Source of the DNA: an uncultured Planctomycetota bacterium
GTDB taxonomy: Bacteria; Planctomycetota; Planctomycetia; Isosphaerales; Isosphaeraceae
Direction: 5' to 3'
DNA: 64,000 bases
Assembly (NCBI GenBank): GCA_963737655.1
Contig: CAVTTN010000002.1
Location: forward strand, 6,528,001-6,592,000
The translations under genes and the position numbers were made by a program. Position 1 is the stretch's first letter, and the number at the start of each line of letters is the position of its first letter. Below, piece after piece: positions 39,438 to 49,543 of the stretch. The notes below the pieces were generated by a model. The model worked only from the letters and a program-made list of their open reading frames with translations. It had not been told where the DNA came from and did not search any database.

Positions 39438-41712
39438 CCCCCGCGGTCGATCCGGCCCGGGTTATCGCCGGCCGGTCGCTCGGTCGGCCAGTCGAGACCG
39501 AGGGCCGTTTCACGTGAAACCCCGTCGTCCTCGCGCGGGCCTCTTCTCGACGGCCTATCTGAAAGCAAGCCGCGCCCGATGTCAAGCGCCCCGGCCACGA
39601 TCCGATCAGGACGAGGGCCGCGAGCGACCCGATCGAGGCCCATCGGCCTCGCCGATGGCTCGCCGGATCGAATCGGAAGACCACCTCGTGCCGCCCGCCG
39701 GCGACCGGCACGCCGAGATAATCTCCATCACAGGCGATCACCTCGGCCACCCGGCCATCCAGCTCCGCCCGCCACCCGGGATGCCAGGCCTCGTTGACCA
39801 TGAGGAACCGGCGACCGCTGGACTCGGTGACGACCCGAATCCGGCCCGGCCGATCCTCCTGGATGGTCGCCGATCCCGGGGCCCCGGGTTCGACGTCCAC
39901 GGCCGAAGTCAAGCAGACGGTCGTTGCCGGATCGACCCGAGCGAGCGCGGAGGCGGGGTCGGGATCGACGACCACGCGGTCCACCAGGCGCGCCCTCGGC
40001 AGGGGGCGATCGACGAGGATCCATCGCGAGGGATGGTCGCCCTCGGCCCGAATCCAGCCGACCCCGGCAATCCTCAGAGCGGCCGGAGAGGCAACGTCGA
40101 GGCCCCGACGGGGCGTCAAGCCGACGTAGCCGCCGACGAGTCGCGCGCCTCCGGCCGATCCACGATTGAACGGCGCCACGATCCGATCCCCGTGGGGTCT
40201 GGGCGGACGCGCCTCGGCATCCGCCAGACGCTCCGGAGTCTCCGGACGATCGTGACGGAGCAGGGGGGCGAGCGAGGCTGTTACCGAATCGGCGGCGGCA
40301 AGGACAATCAGCAAGGCCGGGGCCAGTCGATAGCCACGGGCCGCGCCTGCGACCAGAATCGCGGCGGAAGCGGGCCACAGGAGGCCGAGCGTCGCCGGAC
40401 CTATCGCGGCGATCCCCCGGAGCCGGAGGGGTCCGGCGACTGAGAGCACGGTGACCGTCGCCACCATCCCAGCCAGCGCCGGCAGGGCGAGCGGACCGAG
40501 CCTAGCTCGGGGCATTGGCCTCCTTCGCGACACGAATGCCGAAAGGTCCGCGAATGCGATCGCTGCCATGACCGCGAGCGCCGCCTGACCGAGCCCCAGA
40601 AATCGGGCGGGCCCTCGAAAGACACTCCAGAGCGGCACTCGGATCAGGATGGGAAACAGGGGCGAATAGGCACCGAGGGCCAGGAGGTATGACCCGACCG
40701 CAATCGTGGCCGAAGTCGTCAGGATGGTCCCGATCGCCCTCGACTCGACCCCCGGGACCGTCACCGCCGAGCGTCGGATCGCCAGCCAGGCCAGCAGCGC
40801 CGGGACGACCGCCCCCGGGCTCGCCGCCGACTCGTGGCGCGGCCAGGCCGATCGGCCTTCGAGGAGATGATGTCCGGCCCGAAAGATCGCGGGGGCCACG
40901 ATCTGGAGGAGGTCCATCGGATGGAGCGAATCCATCCCGAGGAACACGGCCGACGGATGGCCCCGGGTCGATAGCCGGAGCGATTCCAGGGTCGGCAGGA
41001 CCTGGGCCATCCCGCCACCGAGACCGAGGCCCTTCGCCGCCAACCACCGGAGCCAGAGGGAGCGATCGCGACGGAACGTCACCATCGCCGCGGCCATCTC
41101 GGCGATCCCGGAAAAGGCCACGTACTGGGGGTAGCCCAGCAGGACTTCCGACGTCGTCAGCAAGCCCACCGCCAGGAACGAAGCACGCGGGTTCCTCCTC
41201 ATCGAGGCGATCGCCAGGAGGAGCCACGGCCAATGGGCCATCACCCCGAGTGCGTTCGGATGGACGTAGCGGAGCAGGATGAAGCCGGAGAACACGAAGA
41301 GCAGGGCACCAAGCAAGGCGGAGTCCCAGGGGAGGCCGAGGCGACGGATCCAGAGGACCATTCCGACGGCCAGGAACGCATAAGGGCCCGCGATTTCCAG
41401 CCCAAACGCCGCCGGTAGCGGCAGAGAGGCCCGGACGAGCCGGAGGACGGGATGCTCCAGGCCGAGCTGGCCCTCGCCGTGGAGGTCGAAGCCGCAGAGG
41501 ATCGCCGGCTGCCATCGGGGGTCGTCGCCCTGAGCGACGCTCCGGGCCGCCAGGATTCGCATGGGGAGATGAAACGCGCCGAGGTCGTCGGCGTGAAAGA
41601 CCCGGCCCGAGGCGATCGGGGCGACGATCGGCACGAGCAACCCGACGAGGGTTGCCATCGCCAGGGTCGCCCGCCCGGCTACGGTTCGGAGGTCGAGGAA
41701 GGATCGAATCAT
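39421..41712 (-). CDS. YfhO-like membrane protein (3' end uncertain)
   Basis: DLGAFHLP, W..AILCG, many TM segments, C-terminal EAWHPGWRAELDG...GRHEVVFRF. Confidence 0.75.
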   Translation of the reverse strand: MIRSFLDLRTVAGRATLAMATLVGLLVPIVAPIASGRVFHADDLGAFHLPMRILAARSVAQGDDPRWQPAILCGFDLHGEGQLGLEHPVLRLVRASLPLPAAFGLEIAGPYAFLAVGMVLWIRRLGLPWDSALLGALLFVFSGFILLRYVHPNALGVMAHWPWLLLAIASMRRNPRASFLAVGLLTTSEVLLGYPQYVAFSGIAEMAAAMVTFRRDRSLWLRWLAAKGLGLGGGMAQVLPTLESLRLSTRGHPSAVFLGMDSLHPMDLLQIVAPAIFRAGHHLLEGRSAWPRHESAASPGAVVPALLAWLAIRRSAVTVPGVESRAIGTILTTSATIAVGSYLLALGAYSPLFPILIRVPLWSVFRGPARFLGLGQAALAVMAAIAFADLSAFVSRRRPMPRARLGPLALPALAGMVATVTVLSVAGPLRLRGIAAIGPATLGLLWPASAAILVAGAARGYRLAPALLIVLAAADSVTASLAPLLRHDRPETPERLADAEARPPRPHGDRIVAPFNRGSAGGARLVGGYVGLTPRRGLDVASPAALRIAGVGWIRAEGDHPSRWILVDRPLPRARLVDRVVVDPDPASALARVDPATTVCLTSAVDVEPGAPGSATIQEDRPGRIRVVTESSGRRFLMVNEAWHPGWRAELDGRVAEVIACDGDYLGVPVAGGRHEVVFRFDPASHRRGRWASIGSLAALVLIGSWPGRLTSGAACFQIGRREEARARTTGFHVKRPSVSTGRPSDRPAITRAGSTAGGGHGR
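39506..39521. promoter_or_regulatory. parS site upstream of the ECF sigma gene
   Basis: cGTTTCACGTGAAACc. Confidence 0.9.
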
Positions 41713-43230
41713 CGGGTCACGCGGTAACATTCGTAGTCGGGAAGGCCGGCGAGACGAACCGGCCGCTGACGAGGATCGATCAGGCCCAGCGCTTCCAGGA
41801 CGATCAGGTCCGAGCCGAACCCGGCCACCGGGCCGAGCCTCTTGAGCGGGAACGCGACGAACTGGCAGTCCTTCGGGATCGCGCCGAGGAGCTGATCACG
41901 CGACGCCGGATACCCCGCCTCGCCCCGTTCCCAGGCCGAGAAGAGATGATGGGTCGGACGCCCCTCGGCCGCGAGATGGGCGCCGGGATGCCAGGGGAAA
42001 TAGACCTCGCCGGGCCGTCTACGGAGATAACTCGCCTCGGCATCGACCGGCCGGAGCTTCCCCAGGATGCGGACCTCCTCGGCCAGCCGGGCGGTCCCGG
42101 CGAGGCAGAGGGCCGTCAGGACGGCCGAAGCGCGGAGCCTCAACCCGGCTTGAGTCGACTCGGCGCTCACGGATCGGGCAGCCAGGGCGAGGAGAAGCGG
42201 GTAAAGGGCGGGGCTGAAGCTGTTCACGTCGCCAGCCTGTTTCACCCGGCCGAGCACGGCCATCGGCACCATCGCCAGGGCGACGAGGGCGAAGCTCGTC
42301 CCGAGCCGGTCGAGGGCTCGTCGCGAAAAGGCGCGAGTTCCAATCACCAGGAGAGTCCCGATCGCGATCGGCAGGCCCTGGATCGCCAGCTCGACGGCCA
42401 CTCCGAGAACGTTGCCCGGCAGTCGCCCTCGCCAGGGCACCCCTCCGGGGATCCGGACCACGTTCAGGACGAGGTCGGACGGATCGGCGATCGCCAGGAC
42501 TCCCAGGAGAACGACCCCCCCGGCGACGGCCAGCATCCATGCTCGACGGAACGCCTCGCGAGGACCGTCGAGGACGAACGAAGCCGCGATCAAGGCCAGA
42601 GGCAGCGGGGCGAGCGTCTGTTTCGAGGCGAGAGCGAGGGCACAGAGGATCGCCGAGGTTCCCGGCCGGCCCCTGGGCTTTGCGCCCGACCAGATCGCCA
42701 GCCCCATCAGGCCCAGGGCGGGTGCGTCGGCGTGGAGAAACGTGGTCGAGTAGCGGAGCGGAGGGGACGCGACCATCGCGAACGTCCCGAGGGCCAGGAT
42801 CGCCGCGTTCCAGGCTCGCGAGGCGGCCCGTCCGGCGGTTCTGACGGTCGCGACCAGGGGAATCCAGGCGACGACGAAGCCCAGGAATCGGCCGAGGATC
42901 GAGGCGAGGCCGGGGTCTCCCGCCAGGGCCGCCGGGACGAACGCGAGCATCCCGACCGGGCCATACATGGTGCTCAGGATCGGGCCGTCCCGCCTTCCCG
43001 CATAGAGAGGGAAGCCCCGGACGGCCGCCATCGCCGGGGCAATCCTCACGGTGTCCCACGGGCTGAAGGGCGCCTCCAGGGCTCCGACGATGACCAGGCC
43101 GACGAGGACGCCGGCAGACGCGAGACTGGCCGCGATCAGCCAGCGAGCCGAGCGCCTCCGAACCCCTCGCTAGCCTCCGACCGAGGAGGGCGAGGCCGAG
43201 GAGTCCCGCCGAGAGGACCGCCAGGATCAT
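41709..43230 (-). CDS. Polytopic membrane protein, GT-C-like, frameshifted near 43140
   Basis: AAGGAGG RBS before 43230; body is ORF 41709..43049 (MYGP, HADAP, SKQT). Confidence 0.6.
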
Positions 43231-43252
43231 CGTCGGCCCTCCTTCCGGGAGA

Positions 43253-44170
43253 TCACGAGCGTCGCCAGGACAGATCGACTCGCCGGCCGTCTTGCCTTCG
43301 GTCCCCTCCGATGCAGCGAAGCTCCAGCTCGGCCCCGTCGGGCCGAGGCCGGAAGACGACCCAGCCCAACGGCTGTTTGGGGAGGAACCGATAGCCGATT
43401 GCCGGCAGGTTCACCGCGTGGAGATCCCCGATCTTGCGGACGTTCCAGACGTGGGTATGGCCGAAGAACACGGCCTTGGCCTGCCTCCGAGGCGCGAGGA
43501 CGTCGAGGAGGCCGGCGGTATCCTTCAACGCCGAATCGCTCTGGGCGTTCAGGTTGTGATGGACGAAGACGACGGCCGGCGTCTGGGGATGGTCGTCCAG
43601 CTCCCGGGCGACCCAGGCGATCTGGTCGTCGCCAAGCCTCCCGGCCGTCACGTTCACGCCGTTCTGCGAGTCGAGCAGGAGGAAGCGGAGGCCGGGACCC
43701 TCGACGACCGAGGCGGCCTTCGCCTCGGGACCGATGCGAGGGCGGTCGGGCAGGGCGGCCAGGACGTGATCCCGGTCGTCGTGGTTGCCCAACGTCATGT
43801 GGACCGGCAGACCCTGGCGCCGGAGCGGGTCGAGGACTCCGAGCAGCGTGGCATAGTCCCCGGGCTCGCCGTGGTGGAAGGCGAGATCGCCGTCGATCAG
43901 GACGCCCTGCGGCGGGTCGTCGCCGTGAAGGATGTCGGCGACGACCGCCTGGAGGTTGTCGGCCATGACCTCGCCGCGGAGCCGGGCGGAGGGGTCGCTC
44001 GCCACGTGGGGATCGGAGAGGAAGGCAAACCAACCGTCCGCGTTCCCCCGAGAGCCGGCGCGGTGCGAGCACCCCATCACGGCGGAGGCGCCGAGCGAGG
44101 CCATCGCGAGCAGGGCCCGGCGGCGGTCGAGGATCAGGGGAGGACCGTCGGGCCCGATGGCGATCGGCAT
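43253..44170 (-). CDS. Exported calcineurin-like metallophosphoesterase
   Basis: DRRRALL leader, SDPH, GD, GNHD, HH, GHTH. Confidence 0.9.
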   Translation of the reverse strand: MPIAIGPDGPPLILDRRRALLAMASLGASAVMGCSHRAGSRGNADGWFAFLSDPHVASDPSARLRGEVMADNLQAVVADILHGDDPPQGVLIDGDLAFHHGEPGDYATLLGVLDPLRRQGLPVHMTLGNHDDRDHVLAALPDRPRIGPEAKAASVVEGPGLRFLLLDSQNGVNVTAGRLGDDQIAWVARELDDHPQTPAVVFVHHNLNAQSDSALKDTAGLLDVLAPRRQAKAVFFGHTHVWNVRKIGDLHAVNLPAIGYRFLPKQPLGWVVFRPRPDGAELELRCIGGDRRQDGRRVDLSWRRS

Positions 44171-44334
44171 GGCTCGCCCTCCGTGGCGGCCGGACGACCC
44201 GCGAGGGTCGAGCCGGGGATTCCCCGGGTTATACCGGAATCCCCACCGCGATCAATCCCAGCCGGGTGGGTTCCGGGGCGAGCGAGTCGGATCGGAGCCT
44301 CCCGTCACGACCCACGCCCCGGACTGGCCCGAGG

Positions 44335-44859
44335 TCAGGCCGAAGCAGGCTCGGGGACCGCCGGCGGATCGAGGCGCTTCGGGTGGAGGCTCTTCCTCAT
44401 GCGGTTCCTTGCGGCGAGACCGATCAGCCCGGCGGCGATCAGGGTGAGGGAGGCCGGCTCGGGGATGCGAACGTTGCGGCCGGAGTCGGCGTCCGAGGCG
44501 ATCTCGGGGTCCGCGAACGGGTGCGTCGGGACCGGCGATCCGGCTTCAGTCCGGGCCAAAGCGTCCGGAACCAGGATCGGTAACGCCGACCTGGGCGTTT
44601 CGGACGCCCCGACCGCGACCGGGGACAGGCGATCGGCGAGTGACTCTCCCTCGACGGACCTCCGGGCAATCTCGCGAGTCAGGGCCGACGGGTCGGCCGC
44701 GACTCCTGGCAACCCTCCCGAGCCAGGCCCGACCTCCGGCGTCTTCACCGAGCCGGCCAGGGGATCGGCCCCTGCCATCGCATCCCCTCGGCAGCTCGCA
44801 AGGCAGGTCATGGACGCAAACAGCACAGCCAGGACGAGTTCCGGTCGTCGAGTGGCCAT
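44335..44859 (-). CDS. PEP-CTERM sorting domain protein
   Basis: Signal peptide; IPEPASLTLIAAGLIGLAARNRMRK. Confidence 0.75.
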   Translation of the reverse strand: MATRRPELVLAVLFASMTCLASCRGDAMAGADPLAGSVKTPEVGPGSGGLPGVAADPSALTREIARRSVEGESLADRLSPVAVGASETPRSALPILVPDALARTEAGSPVPTHPFADPEIASDADSGRNVRIPEPASLTLIAAGLIGLAARNRMRKSLHPKRLDPPAVPEPASA

Positions 44860-45195
44860 CGGGTCGCCTCTTCGGTGGAATCGTGCAGTCCAGGTGGGTC
44901 GGCCGTCCGGCCTGGCCCCCGAGGATGGAACCCCGCCGGCGCGTTCCCGGAGTGGCCCAGGGACGCCGGAGGACGGGATTCGGGCTTATTCTCTCCTCCC
45001 GGCACGATTCCCGCCACAGAACTCGGCGGCTCGATGCATTCCTGCAACATCCCCACCGCGTCGCGGCGCTTATTCAAGAAATCCTCACCGTTTTCTCCCC
45101 GCGATCGCGCTTAAACGAACAAAGTCAACGATTTCCAGACTCGCAAGCACCGCTGGAGTGAGATCGGTGGTCCCGGGGTCGCGGCCTCGACCGGC

Positions 45196-45795
45196 TCAGA
45201 GGTTCACTCCAGGATCGTCCTTGGTCGCCGAGTCGATCGCGGTCAACTGGTGGAGGGCCTCGGCGAAGAGGTCGAAGAGGCCCTTCAGCCGGCCGACTTC
45301 CTTGACGACCCCGCCGGCCTGGAAGTACAGCTCGTCCACGCCGTCAGGAAACCGGGTGTGGAACCAGCCCTCGTCGTCCTTGACCTGGAGCGCGAGATGC
45401 GGCTGGGCCCGGATCAGGCTTCGAAGCCTCGGGTTGGCGAAGAACGCGATGACCCGCTCCGGGTCGTTCCCCTGGAGGATGAACGCCTCGTCGAACTCGG
45501 GGTCGCCGATCTCGATGTCGTGGAACCCGAGGAGCTTCGCCACCGGCGTGAGGACGTGGGCGGGGCGGACGCTGAAGCGGAAGCCGCCGGGGTTCACGAA
45601 GGGCGACCGCATCCTCGTGTACGTGTGCGAGGACTTGCCGGTGGAGACGACGAAGGTATCCAGGGTGATGGTCCACGGGCCGACGTGGGCCTGGACCTTG
45701 CTCCCGGACCAGAAGCCCCCGGCCACGAAGTCGGCGCCGATCTGGTCGGCGAGGGTCCGCCACATCTCATCCTTGCTCGGCCCGAACCACCCCAT
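45196..45795 (-). CDS. Conserved hypothetical protein (DUF3137-like)
   Basis: Clean 199-aa ORF after GGAGG; DIEIGDPEFDEAF motif. Confidence 0.65.
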   Translation of the reverse strand: MGWFGPSKDEMWRTLADQIGADFVAGGFWSGSKVQAHVGPWTITLDTFVVSTGKSSHTYTRMRSPFVNPGGFRFSVRPAHVLTPVAKLLGFHDIEIGDPEFDEAFILQGNDPERVIAFFANPRLRSLIRAQPHLALQVKDDEGWFHTRFPDGVDELYFQAGGVVKEVGRLKGLFDLFAEALHQLTAIDSATKDDPGVNL

Positions 45796-45825
45796 GACCT
45801 GCCTCCCTCCCGAAGAATTGTGGGG

Positions 45826-46497
45826 TCATTCGTCGGCCGAGCCGGGATCTTGACGGCGATAGACCAGGCGATTGCCGAGTTTCGCCCCGGCCTCGGCGGC
45901 TCCCGAGAGCCTCAAACAATACGCGATCTTCTGCGCGAAGCCGACCGGGCGTCCCAGAGCATCGGCCAGGTCGAGGGTGGTGAACGGGGAGGGCAGGGGG
46001 GCGGGGATCAGCTTCCAGAGGTCGGAGGCCCGTGCGAGGGAGACGCATTCGCGGTCTCCCCGAAGCCGGCGATCGACCACGCGATAGCCCGGTCGCCGAC
46101 GGCGAGGAATCCGCACCTCCTCGGCCTCCACGCCCATCACGTCGATCGTGAGGTTCTCGTGCGGGAAGATCCGGGCGAGGCCGACGAGGTCCTCGAACAC
46201 GTCGAGCAACGCCCCCCGCTTCGGGCTCAACCGGGACGAGAGGTCCGGGCCGTCGGGGCGATCCCGGCGGACGATCCGACGGGCCAGGACCACGGGCTTG
46301 ACCACCCGGACCCGGTGCTCGGCCAACAACCGCGAAAGCTTGCGACGAAGAGGCCCGAGGGCGCCGGACTGGACCTCGATCAGCCCGCCGGAGGCGTCCA
46401 CGGCGTCGATCCGGAACCCTTCGAGCGAGACCTCCGAGCGTCCTCCTCGATCGGCGCCGAAACGCTCTTTCAACTCGCGGTGCAGGGCGGTTTCCAT
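45826..46497 (-). CDS. PD-(D/E)xK-like domain plus C-terminal winged-helix protein
   Basis: LHRELK...EV...RIDAV...IEVQ; C-terminal FTTLDLADALG...AQKIAYCL. Confidence 0.6.
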   Translation of the reverse strand: METALHRELKERFGADRGGRSEVSLEGFRIDAVDASGGLIEVQSGALGPLRRKLSRLLAEHRVRVVKPVVLARRIVRRDRPDGPDLSSRLSPKRGALLDVFEDLVGLARIFPHENLTIDVMGVEAEEVRIPRRRRPGYRVVDRRLRGDRECVSLARASDLWKLIPAPLPSPFTTLDLADALGRPVGFAQKIAYCLRLSGAAEAGAKLGNRLVYRRQDPGSADE

Positions 46498-46572
46498 CCC
46501 CGTCCTCCTTGTTGGGTGGCATGCTCGCGCCGTCGTGAGCATGCCGCTCGACCCTCCACGAGGGACGGGCGA

Positions 46573-47187
46573 CTAACCTTCGATCTCGGGGAGCTCGGTG
46601 ACTTCGGGATGATACGGGTCGAGCGGCTCGACGCCGAGGTCTCGGATCGCGGTCAGGGCGAGGAACGGGATGGCCCGACCGGCGAACGCTTCGGAGGCCC
46701 CTTCGAGGCGGTCGAGCATGGAGATCACGCAGGCGACGCGGCCTCCCATCGCCTCGACGGCGTCCACCGCCTTGAGTGCGGAGCCTCCCGTGGTGGTCAC
46801 GTCCTCGACCACGGCCACGACGTCTCCCGCCTCGACCGGCCCTTCCACCAACCGGCCGGTGCCGTGCCCCTTGGCCTCCTTGCGGACGAGGAACCCTCGG
46901 AGGCCTCCCCAGCCTCGCGAGGGGGCGAGCGCCAGGGTCGCGCCGACGATCGGGTCGGCCCCCATCGTCAGCCCGCCGACGGCCGAGACCTCGGGCCACC
47001 CGGCCAGGGCGGCGAGGACCCCTTCGGCCACCGCCTCCGCCCCCTCGGCCGAGAGCGTGACCTTCCGGCCATCGACGTAATAGTGGGACGTCCGCCCGCT
47101 GGACAGCGTGAACTGGCCCGTTCGCAGGGCGTCGCGGGTCAGGAGGGCGACGAGCCGCCCGCGGTCGAACTTCACCGAACCGTCCAT
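46573..47187 (-). CDS. pyrE: Orotate phosphoribosyltransferase
   Basis: FTLSSG, VRKEAKGHG, VEDVTTTGGS. Confidence 0.95.
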   Translation of the reverse strand: MDGSVKFDRGRLVALLTRDALRTGQFTLSSGRTSHYYVDGRKVTLSAEGAEAVAEGVLAALAGWPEVSAVGGLTMGADPIVGATLALAPSRGWGGLRGFLVRKEAKGHGTGRLVEGPVEAGDVVAVVEDVTTTGGSALKAVDAVEAMGGRVACVISMLDRLEGASEAFAGRAIPFLALTAIRDLGVEPLDPYHPEVTELPEIEG

Positions 47188-47273
47188 CGCCCGAGGCCCC
47201 TTCGGAGGTCGAACCCGGAGGGCGGAACCGCCCCTCGGGGCCGGTCAGGCTAGCATACGGGGCCGGCGGATCG

Positions 47274-47585
47274 CTAGCGGACGTCGTATTCCGTTTCCCC
47301 GCCGGTCGGCTCGAGCTCGATCTCCGCCGGGCGGTCCCGGAGCCTCCTGGGGACGAAGCTCAGAAGGCCTCGCCTCTCGGCGCAGGGCAGGCAGAGCTTT
47401 TCGTCCCCCCGAACGAAGACCAGCTCGCCATCGAGCAGACGGTGATAGGCCGATTCTCCGGGCGCGATCGTGTAGCAGAACGTCCGGTCGCTGCCGACCT
47501 TCACCTCGATCCGCCAGCCCGGCTCTCGAAGGAAGACGCGGGGCATGGGGGGCTCGGCGTCGTAGCTCCTCGGGTCGTCCGTCAT
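47274..47585 (-). CDS. Small hypothetical protein with C/H/CxxC residues
   Basis: GGAGG RBS; ATG overlaps the HTTM-gene stop; FCY...YH...LCLPC. Confidence 0.65.
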   Translation of the reverse strand: MTDDPRSYDAEPPMPRVFLREPGWRIEVKVGSDRTFCYTIAPGESAYHRLLDGELVFVRGDEKLCLPCAERRGLLSFVPRRLRDRPAEIELEPTGGETEYDVR

Positions 47586-48619
47586 CGGTGGGGCCTCCGA
47601 GAGGGGGACGCCGGCCGAAGGTCGACCGGCCCTTCCCCCGATTGTACGGCCTCCGTCCGCTTCGGGCCACGATCGCGGACGAATGAGAGGGCCCGATCGA
47701 TCGTCGATGCCGAGACGAACGCGAGGTTCCCCGCCAGCATCGCCAGGGAGAACTCGGTGAGCCCCAACGTCAGGGCGATTCCGAGGTGCATCGCCACGGC
47801 GCCGGCCAGGACCCAGGGCCTCAGAGGGCGGACCCAGATCAGGACGGGATAGGCGAGGCTCGGCGAAGACGGTCAGGTGAGACCCCAGGTTCAGGAGCGC
47901 CTCGCCACCCGGGACGCCCAGCAGGGGAGTCAGGTCCACCGGCCGGAATTCGCTGATCGCCAGGAGCTTGATCAGGGCCGAGCCGTCCCACCACGAGCCC
48001 CCCGGAGCTTCGCCAGTCCGGCGAACGCATAGATCAGGCAGAGATGCAACTGGATCAGCCGCAATCCGAGGTTCGCCGAGACGGTCGGCTCGACGGGTCG
48101 GCCCCGGCCGAACAATCGGCGGTCGAGCGAGAACGCCCGCCCTCCGGCGCCGGTCACCGCGAGGCAGAACGCCCAGGTGGCGACCATCCCGTCGAAGCCG
48201 AAGACCATCATCGGCGCCCGGCGGACCGTGGAGACGGCGATCATCCAGGCCAGGGGCATGGTGACCGGGCTGAACAGGCCGAGGGTCATCAGCACCACGA
48301 TCGCCATCGCCGCGACCCAGGCCGCCCGCAGCCCGCCGTCCGGCACGGCCGACCAGATCGACCAGATCCACGGTTCCGGGTTCTGCGGGCTCCGGGCGTG
48401 GAACCGGACGGCGTCCGGGTCGGCCCAGCCGTCGGAGCCGAGATAGGCGTGGAGGTCGGCGCCGAGCCACCCCAGGCTCCAGAGCAGGAGCAGGCCGGTG
48501 GCGATTCGGATCAGGGCCAGAGGTCGGGGGTCGGCCGGGGTGAAGAAGAAGCGGTCCCAGGCCCTCGCCGCGGCGATCGGACCGGCCGGACGGCTCGGGT
48601 CGGTCAGCGATCCGGGCAT
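47582..48619 (-). CDS. HTTM-domain (SdpB / vitamin K-dependent carboxylase-like) membrane protein, frameshifted near 48000 and 47860
   Basis: WDRFFF...LALIRI, FSLD, LRLIQLHLCLIYAFAGLAKL, WWDG, MHLGI...FSLAM. Confidence 0.85.
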
Positions 48620-49215
48620 GGGAAGTCTCCGATCACGAGGAACGGCGTGAAGAACTCGTCCGCGTCCACGTCCAGCTTCCCGCCCGCTGCCAGGAGCCTC
48701 TCGGGAGGAGGGATCACGTGTGCTCGGATCTTCAACGTGACCGAGGACGCCCCGGGATGGGTCCGGCAGAGGTGCCGGGCATACGACCGCGCCCAGACGC
48801 TCGCCTCGGAGCCGACCCCGGACTCGCGAGCGGCCTGGACGTCCCCCGTGAGGTGGTAGGCCAGGGCGAGCTGCCTTTGATAGAGGATGCGGGGGCGGGC
48901 TGACGGGTCGGGGATGAGCACCGTCTTGCTCGGTTGCCCGTCCCGGAACTGGATCTCGGCCGTCGCCACGGGCGTCCCGCCGATATCGCCATAGTAGCGA
49001 TGCGATTGGCGGAGGTCGGTCAACTCATAATAACGCCGGAATGCCGCCGCCGCCCTTTGCTCCAGAGGGGACGAGGGGGGATCGGCCAGCCCGGCGAGGA
49101 CCACGGCCGCCAGGTGATAGGCCAACGCGCCGGAGACGATCCACCGGGCCCATCCCGGCCAGGTCCGCCCGGACGGAAGGGGCGTCGGCACTTCGTTTGC
49201 GGGAAAAGCCGGCAC
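48604..49215 (-). CDS. HTTM partner protein (SdpA/DUF5819-like)
   Basis: One N-terminal TM segment (YHLAAV), PSSP, YARHLC; overlaps the HTTM gene start. Confidence 0.6.
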   Translation of the reverse strand: MPAFPANEVPTPLPSGRTWPGWARWIVSGALAYHLAAVVLAGLADPPSSPLEQRAAAAFRRYYELTDLRQSHRYYGDIGGTPVATAEIQFRDGQPSKTVLIPDPSARPRILYQRQLALAYHLTGDVQAARESGVGSEASVWARSYARHLCRTHPGASSVTLKIRAHVIPPPERLLAAGGKLDVDADEFFTPFLVIGDFPCPDR

Positions 49216-49543
49216 GATTTGCCCCTCTTAACCAATTTTTGTATTTAGACAGGTCGGCGCAAGTGGTTCAGCCTATGATCGGCCCGGCGCCAGTCTCCCC
49301 GGGAAAGTTATCACAAATCCCCGGGTCGTGTTTGTTTCCACTATCTTGCCAAATTATCTTGCCAGAGAATCGGTCGGGTTTTAGAATCTCCGTGACACGG
49401 GCAGAGAATTCCGATCAGGGCAACGCGGGGGCCTGGAGGGGTCGGGCGACCGTTGCGGTCCTCCGAGCCGACCGGGCGACCCGATGACAACTTCGGTCCG
49501 GTGGTTGCCTTCCCGTCTTGAACGCGCACCTGGAGGTCTGGAC

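Noticed and set aside
44999..45014. GGCACG-type sigma54 site near the first PEP-CTERM gene
   Set aside because: It points away from the gene and lacks TTGC.
49308..49315. TTATCACA as a DnaA box marking oriC
   Set aside because: One base short of TTATCCACA, single copy, with no box cluster or dnaA in view.
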